Below are positions 24,374-28,344 of a stretch of DNA of 28,344 nucleotides, in pieces. The stretch's first letter is position 1; the number at the start of each line of letters is the position of its first letter. A program made the translations under genes and the position numbers. Source of the DNA: a virus (taxonomy: Duplodnaviria > Caudoviricetes); IMG/VR virus record IMGVR_UViG_3300032053_000395, positions 1 to 28,344 of that record; one strand, 5' to 3'. Under the pieces are notes generated by a model. The model was not told the origin of the DNA and made no database searches. It worked only from the letters and a program-made list of their open reading frames with translations.

Positions 24374-27292
24374 ATGAATGAGGTTATTTCACAGGAAGCT
24401 ATCGGAAGCTTTCTTAATGGAGAAGATCCAGAAGAATACATTGTTGGTATAGAATATGATTATAGAACCAACACAATCTTTAAAATACTTCAAGATCCCA
24501 AAGCGGGTAAGGTTATAAAACAAGATACTCTTGTTCCGTTTTTATGGGTAGGAGACATGTCTGGTCTTAATTTTTATAAGAACAGCAAGGCTACTCAAAG
24601 ACAAAAAATGGAAGAACATAGTATTACAATTGAGCCATTAAAAACGCACGATAACACAAGACTTAAAAACGGATTCAAATATCTCGTAAAATCATATAAA
24701 GGATATACAAGCCTTATTAATTTTTTTAAACAAGGCGGAATTGATCCCTGGAGCGAAAAATATAAGAAACATTTCCAAGTATTATCAGTATCAGAGCAAT
24801 TTTTAATGCAGAAGAAAAAAAGGTTATTTAAAGGTATTGAAGATTATTCTGAAGTGTATAAGTTTTTTTTCGATATTGAAACCACAGGATTAAATCCAGA
24901 AACAGATAAAATAATATTAATTGGAGTTAAAACCAATCGTGGATATAAAAAACTTTTTGACGCATCCGGCGAAAACGGAGAAAAAAGATGTATTGAAAAT
25001 TTTTTTAATATTATTAAAGAATTAAAACCAACTATTATATCCGGATATAACTCAGCTTCTTTCGACTTTCCATTTATTTTAAAAAGAGCAGAAATTTTAA
25101 AAATGGATATTCAACGAATAACTCAAATTTTAACAACAGAAGGTATTAAAATAAAAAAAGGTATCTTGAAATTGGCTAACGAAGTTGAACAGTACAATCA
25201 GCATCTTTTATGGGGGTTTGATGTCATAGACACATCTCATTCAGTTCGCAGAGCTCAGGCAATTAATTCAGAAATCAAGTCATGGGGATTAAAATATGTA
25301 ACCAAATATCTTGAAAAAGAAAAACCCAATAGAATTTATGTTGATGGCGCTCATATTTCCAAAATTTATCTGGAGAATGAAAGTTATTATGTAAATCCTA
25401 AGTCGGGCGGTTGGAGAAAAATTGGAGATCCGGGAACCGAGGGTCTTTTGGAAAAATATCCCGGTAAATATGAAATTTGGCCGGGTAGAAAACTTATAGA
25501 ACAGTATCTTGACGATGATTTGTATGAGACAATGGTAGTTGATGATTCATTTAGTCAGGCGACATTCTTATTATCAAAATTAGTACCAACGACATATGAA
25601 AGAATAGCAACAATGGGTACTGCGACCTTATGGAAATTGATTATGTTGGCATGGTCATATCAAAATAATCTTGCAATACCCGAAAAAGACGAAAAAAGAG
25701 ATTTTGTAGGGGGATTATCCCGATTATTGAAAGTCGGATACTCAAAAGACATTGTAAAATTTGACTTTGCCTCTCTTTATCCTGCTATTGACCTTGTTCA
25801 TGACATATTTCCTGATTGTGATGTATTGGGAGCATTGAAAGCAAAACTAAAATATTTTCGTAATATTCGTATTAGATATAAAAGGCTCATGGAAGATTAT
25901 GAAAAAACAGATATTACATTATCAGAAAAATATGATAGAAAACAGTTACCTCTCAAAATATTTATTAACGCCTTTTTTGGATCACTATCGGCCCCTAAAG
26001 TTTTCTATTGGGGAGATATGAATTTAGGAGAAATGACAACCTGTATTGGAAGACAATTTCTTCGTATGATGATTATGTTTTATTCAAAAAAAGGATATGT
26101 TCCTCTCACGATGGACACCGATGGCGTCTGTTTCTCAACGCCTTACGATATTAATAATCATATTTATATCGGTAAGGGAAATAACGAACTTGTTGAGAAA
26201 GGTAAAGAATATGTTGGTATATACGCCGATACTGCGGAATTTAACGATATATTCATGAGAAAAGAAATGGGATTGGATATTGATTATACCGCTCTCGCAA
26301 TGATTAACATATCAAAAAAGAACTACATATTAAAAATAATCAAAAAGGGAAAAGTAAAAATAAAAGTAACAGGGAATACTCTTAAATCTAAAAAATTATC
26401 ACAATATATAGTTGAATTTCTAGACGAAGGATTCAAATATCTATTAGATGGCGACGGATTGTCATTTATAAATCTGTACTATGATTATATTGATAAACTA
26501 TACAATCATAAGATACCATTAGTGAAAATAGCTAACAAAGCTCGTGTTAAACAAAGTATTAGTGATTATAAAAACCATATAAAAAAGAAAAACAAGGGAG
26601 GAATATTAATGGCTCGTCAGGCGCACATGGAACTTATATTACAAGACGAATATCCGGCATCGCTTGGAGAAACAATATATTATGTGAATAATGGCACTAA
26701 AAAATCTGACGGAGATGTTCAAAAAATAACAAAATATATTGATAAATGGACAAAAAGCCAATTAATAGAGTATCAAACTACTCATAATGGAAGTCTTCCA
26801 CCAAAAGAAACGCGTATTGAAATTAACTGTTACAGAATATCTGAAAGTGATATTTTAAATAATCCCGAAATGACAGGAGAATATAATACCGCTCGATATA
26901 TTACCAATTTCAATAAACGAATTCAACCATTACTTGTTGTATTTAAACCCGAAATTCGTAACGATATATTAATTGAAGACCCAAAAGACAGACAATATTT
27001 TACCACAATACAATGTGAGCTTGATAGCGGACATCCATTGAAACCCGAAGGACAGGGAACATTAGAAGAAGTTTTAACATTATCTGATGGCGAAGTAATA
27101 TTCTGGAACCGCGTAAATAAAGACCCATATTTTATGTATGTTGATAATAGTCTATCACATGTTGATCAATATTGGGTGGAACATAATAAAAAAGTTGTCC
27201 ATCTTGAGGCCGCAAGTAGTAAAATTGTCGAAGAAGACGAAATCATTTCCAATGATGGGAATGATCTTGCTTATCACGCAATCCAGGTCTAG
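24374..27292 (+). CDS. DNA polymerase, family B, with 3'-5' exonuclease
   Basis: 972 aa. ExoI FDIETTG, ExoII GYNSASFDFPFI, motif A DFASLYP, motif B KIFINAFFG, motif C DTDG and a KKNY motif. No intein-like or intron-like interruption seen. Confidence 0.96.
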   Translation: MNEVISQEAIGSFLNGEDPEEYIVGIEYDYRTNTIFKILQDPKAGKVIKQDTLVPFLWVGDMSGLNFYKNSKATQRQKMEEHSITIEPLKTHDNTRLKNGFKYLVKSYKGYTSLINFFKQGGIDPWSEKYKKHFQVLSVSEQFLMQKKKRLFKGIEDYSEVYKFFFDIETTGLNPETDKIILIGVKTNRGYKKLFDASGENGEKRCIENFFNIIKELKPTIISGYNSASFDFPFILKRAEILKMDIQRITQILTTEGIKIKKGILKLANEVEQYNQHLLWGFDVIDTSHSVRRAQAINSEIKSWGLKYVTKYLEKEKPNRIYVDGAHISKIYLENESYYVNPKSGGWRKIGDPGTEGLLEKYPGKYEIWPGRKLIEQYLDDDLYETMVVDDSFSQATFLLSKLVPTTYERIATMGTATLWKLIMLAWSYQNNLAIPEKDEKRDFVGGLSRLLKVGYSKDIVKFDFASLYPAIDLVHDIFPDCDVLGALKAKLKYFRNIRIRYKRLMEDYEKTDITLSEKYDRKQLPLKIFINAFFGSLSAPKVFYWGDMNLGEMTTCIGRQFLRMMIMFYSKKGYVPLTMDTDGVCFSTPYDINNHIYIGKGNNELVEKGKEYVGIYADTAEFNDIFMRKEMGLDIDYTALAMINISKKNYILKIIKKGKVKIKVTGNTLKSKKLSQYIVEFLDEGFKYLLDGDGLSFINLYYDYIDKLYNHKIPLVKIANKARVKQSISDYKNHIKKKNKGGILMARQAHMELILQDEYPASLGETIYYVNNGTKKSDGDVQKITKYIDKWTKSQLIEYQTTHNGSLPPKETRIEINCYRISESDILNNPEMTGEYNTARYITNFNKRIQPLLVVFKPEIRNDILIEDPKDRQYFTTIQCELDSGHPLKPEGQGTLEEVLTLSDGEVIFWNRVNKDPYFMYVDNSLSHVDQYWVEHNKKVVHLEAASSKIVEEDEIISNDGNDLAYHAIQV

Positions 27293-27657
27293 TTAATATG
27301 AATATAAAGTTTTTCTCTGATTGGAACAATTAATTTCGTTGTATTGTTTCCCACGCCATCAGTAAATTGAATTGTAAATTTACCTTCAAATTTACCAATT
27401 TCGGATGTTTGTTCTTCGGTGAACCTATAAACAATATAATATTCGTCTGTTGTCTGATTATATTTTTTAATCCTTAGAGCTAATGATGCGGTTGCTCCCA
27501 AAATAATCGGTGTTCCGGTTTTAACATTTGACATTTCAAATGTTATTTCGGAATTTTCCAATAAATCATTGAATGATGATTTATCGTTTTTTCCGTCATC
27601 AATTAATCTCATTTTTAAAATTGGGTCTGTTGCCCCTTGTCTTATATAAAAATCCAT
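27289..27657 (-). CDS. BppU N-terminal-like (baseplate/fibre-associated) beta-sandwich protein
   Basis: 122 aa. FYIRQGAT.P.LKMRL...YRFT..QT...GKFEGKFTIQF.DG...P....IHI resembles BppU-family domains. TATTTAT 5 nt upstream. Confidence 0.5.
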   Translation of the reverse strand: MDFYIRQGATDPILKMRLIDDGKNDKSSFNDLLENSEITFEMSNVKTGTPIILGATASLALRIKKYNQTTDEYYIVYRFTEEQTSEIGKFEGKFTIQFTDGVGNNTTKLIVPIREKLYIHIN

Positions 27658-27675
27658 ATGTTATAAATATATATG

Positions 27676-27877
27676 TTATGCGTTATTTGAGTTATTATTA
27701 TAATAACACATTGCTCCAGTAACATCTGCTAACCATAAACTAGCATCTGTTATTAAAGGAATAGGTGTGTTATTATTATATACGGTAGTTTCCACATTAG
27801 TAACAAAATTACCATCCCTTGCGCCATTTCGTACAAAAAGTCCTGTATCCCGGATCTGTATATGTTAAATATTGCAT
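27676..27877 (-). pseudogene. Frameshifted short gene ending in a FISUMP (Fibrobacter major paralogous domain)-like fragment; not in the ORF track
   Basis: ATG 27877 gives MQYLTYTDP. Removing one G from CCGGG (27853-27849) continues DTGLFVRNGARDGNFVTNVETTVYNNNTPIPLITDASLWLADVTGAMCYYNNNSNNA*. Total length 202 nt = 3n+1. Confidence 0.55.
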
Positions 27878-27950
27878 TGATATTTTATTTTATAATGAAA
27901 ATCATCATTAATTTTTTCAATTTTATAAAAGTTTATTATTTATACCAATT

Positions 27951-28344
27951 TTAAACATATATAATCGTTTCGTTATTATTCGCTGCCAAAGAAACTATAT
28001 CTCCGTCAGGATTGCCTCCGTCATTCGTTTGGAAATATACAGGTACTGTCAGTGTTATCGTCTTGCCTATAATGTTATGAAATACATTATCATCCCCTGA
28101 TGTCCCTCCAAGTGAAGTATTGGCTGCCGCGAGTGCAGGAAGGCTGATAGTAGTTAAGGCGGTACAACCGGCAAAACAAAAATATCCTGCCGTAGTAAGT
28201 AATGGTAGGCTGATAGAGGTTAAGGCGGTACAAGAATAAAAACAAAGATTTCCTGCCGTAGTAAGTGCCAGTAAACTGATAGAGGTTAAGGCGGTACAAG
28301 AATAAAAACAAAGATTTCCTGCCGTTTCAAGTGATGAGAAATCC
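27951..28344 (-). CDS. BspA/TpLRR-type leucine-rich repeat protein, 3' part (5' end beyond the window); not in the ORF track
   Basis: Open frame from 28343 to TAA 27953-27951: DFSSLE-TAGNLCFYSCTALTSISLLALT-TAGNLCFYSCTALTSISLPLLT-TAGYFCFAGCTALTTISLPALA-...-NPDGDIVSLAANNNETIIYV*. The 22-aa repeats carry the F..C..L..I.LP signature. Confidence 0.85.
   Translation of the reverse strand, partial: DFSSLETAGNLCFYSCTALTSISLLALTTAGNLCFYSCTALTSISLPLLTTAGYFCFAGCTALTTISLPALAAANTSLGGTSGDDNVFHNIIGKTITLTVPVYFQTNDGGNPDGDIVSLAANNNETIIYV
28128..28325. repeat. Three tandem 66-bp coding repeats
   Basis: Two units share ~50 consecutive identical nt (ACGGCAGGAAATCTTTGTTTTTATTCTTGTACCGCCTTAACCTCTATCAG on the minus strand). 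The third is diverged. Confidence 0.9.

Noticed and set aside
24374-27292. Intein or intron in the DNA polymerase
   Set aside because: The frame is continuous, the motifs are at normal spacing, and no intein terminal (C...HN) or LAGLIDADG signature was seen.
28090-28311. 73-aa ORF from the track
   Set aside because: Alternative frame of the LRR repeats. The other frame gives a recognisable BspA-type protein.
28128-28325. CRISPR array or DGR template/variable repeat
   Set aside because: The units are contiguous 66-bp in-frame coding repeats with no unique spacers. Differences are not adenine-specific, and no reverse transcriptase or cas gene is in the window.

Overview
AT-rich, densely coding segment of a large T4-like (contractile-tail, probably jumbo/huge) bacteriophage genome read in the standard code. 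A long minus-strand virion module holds neck/head-closure, tail terminator, tail sheath, tail tube, hub/tape-measure chaperone, tape measure, two giant baseplate proteins and a gp53-like wedge gene. It is interleaved with plus-strand genes for a SNF2-family helicase, a gp13-like neck protein and a family B DNA polymerase. The window ends in a BppU-like gene, a frameshifted FISUMP-like fragment and the 3' end of a BspA-type leucine-rich-repeat gene. Several features are missing from the ORF track: a candidate +1 programmed frameshift (UUU_UUU_CGU) in the tail chaperone gene; a 57-aa ribbon-helix-helix gene divergent from the sheath gene with candidate operators overlapping both promoters; a TATTTAT element upstream of ten genes; a repeat-rich intergenic element between sheath and tube; a hairpin in the polymerase leader; and a 16-aa motif shared by the two giant baseplate proteins. 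All protein assignments come from motif recognition and gene order by eye; no searches were run.
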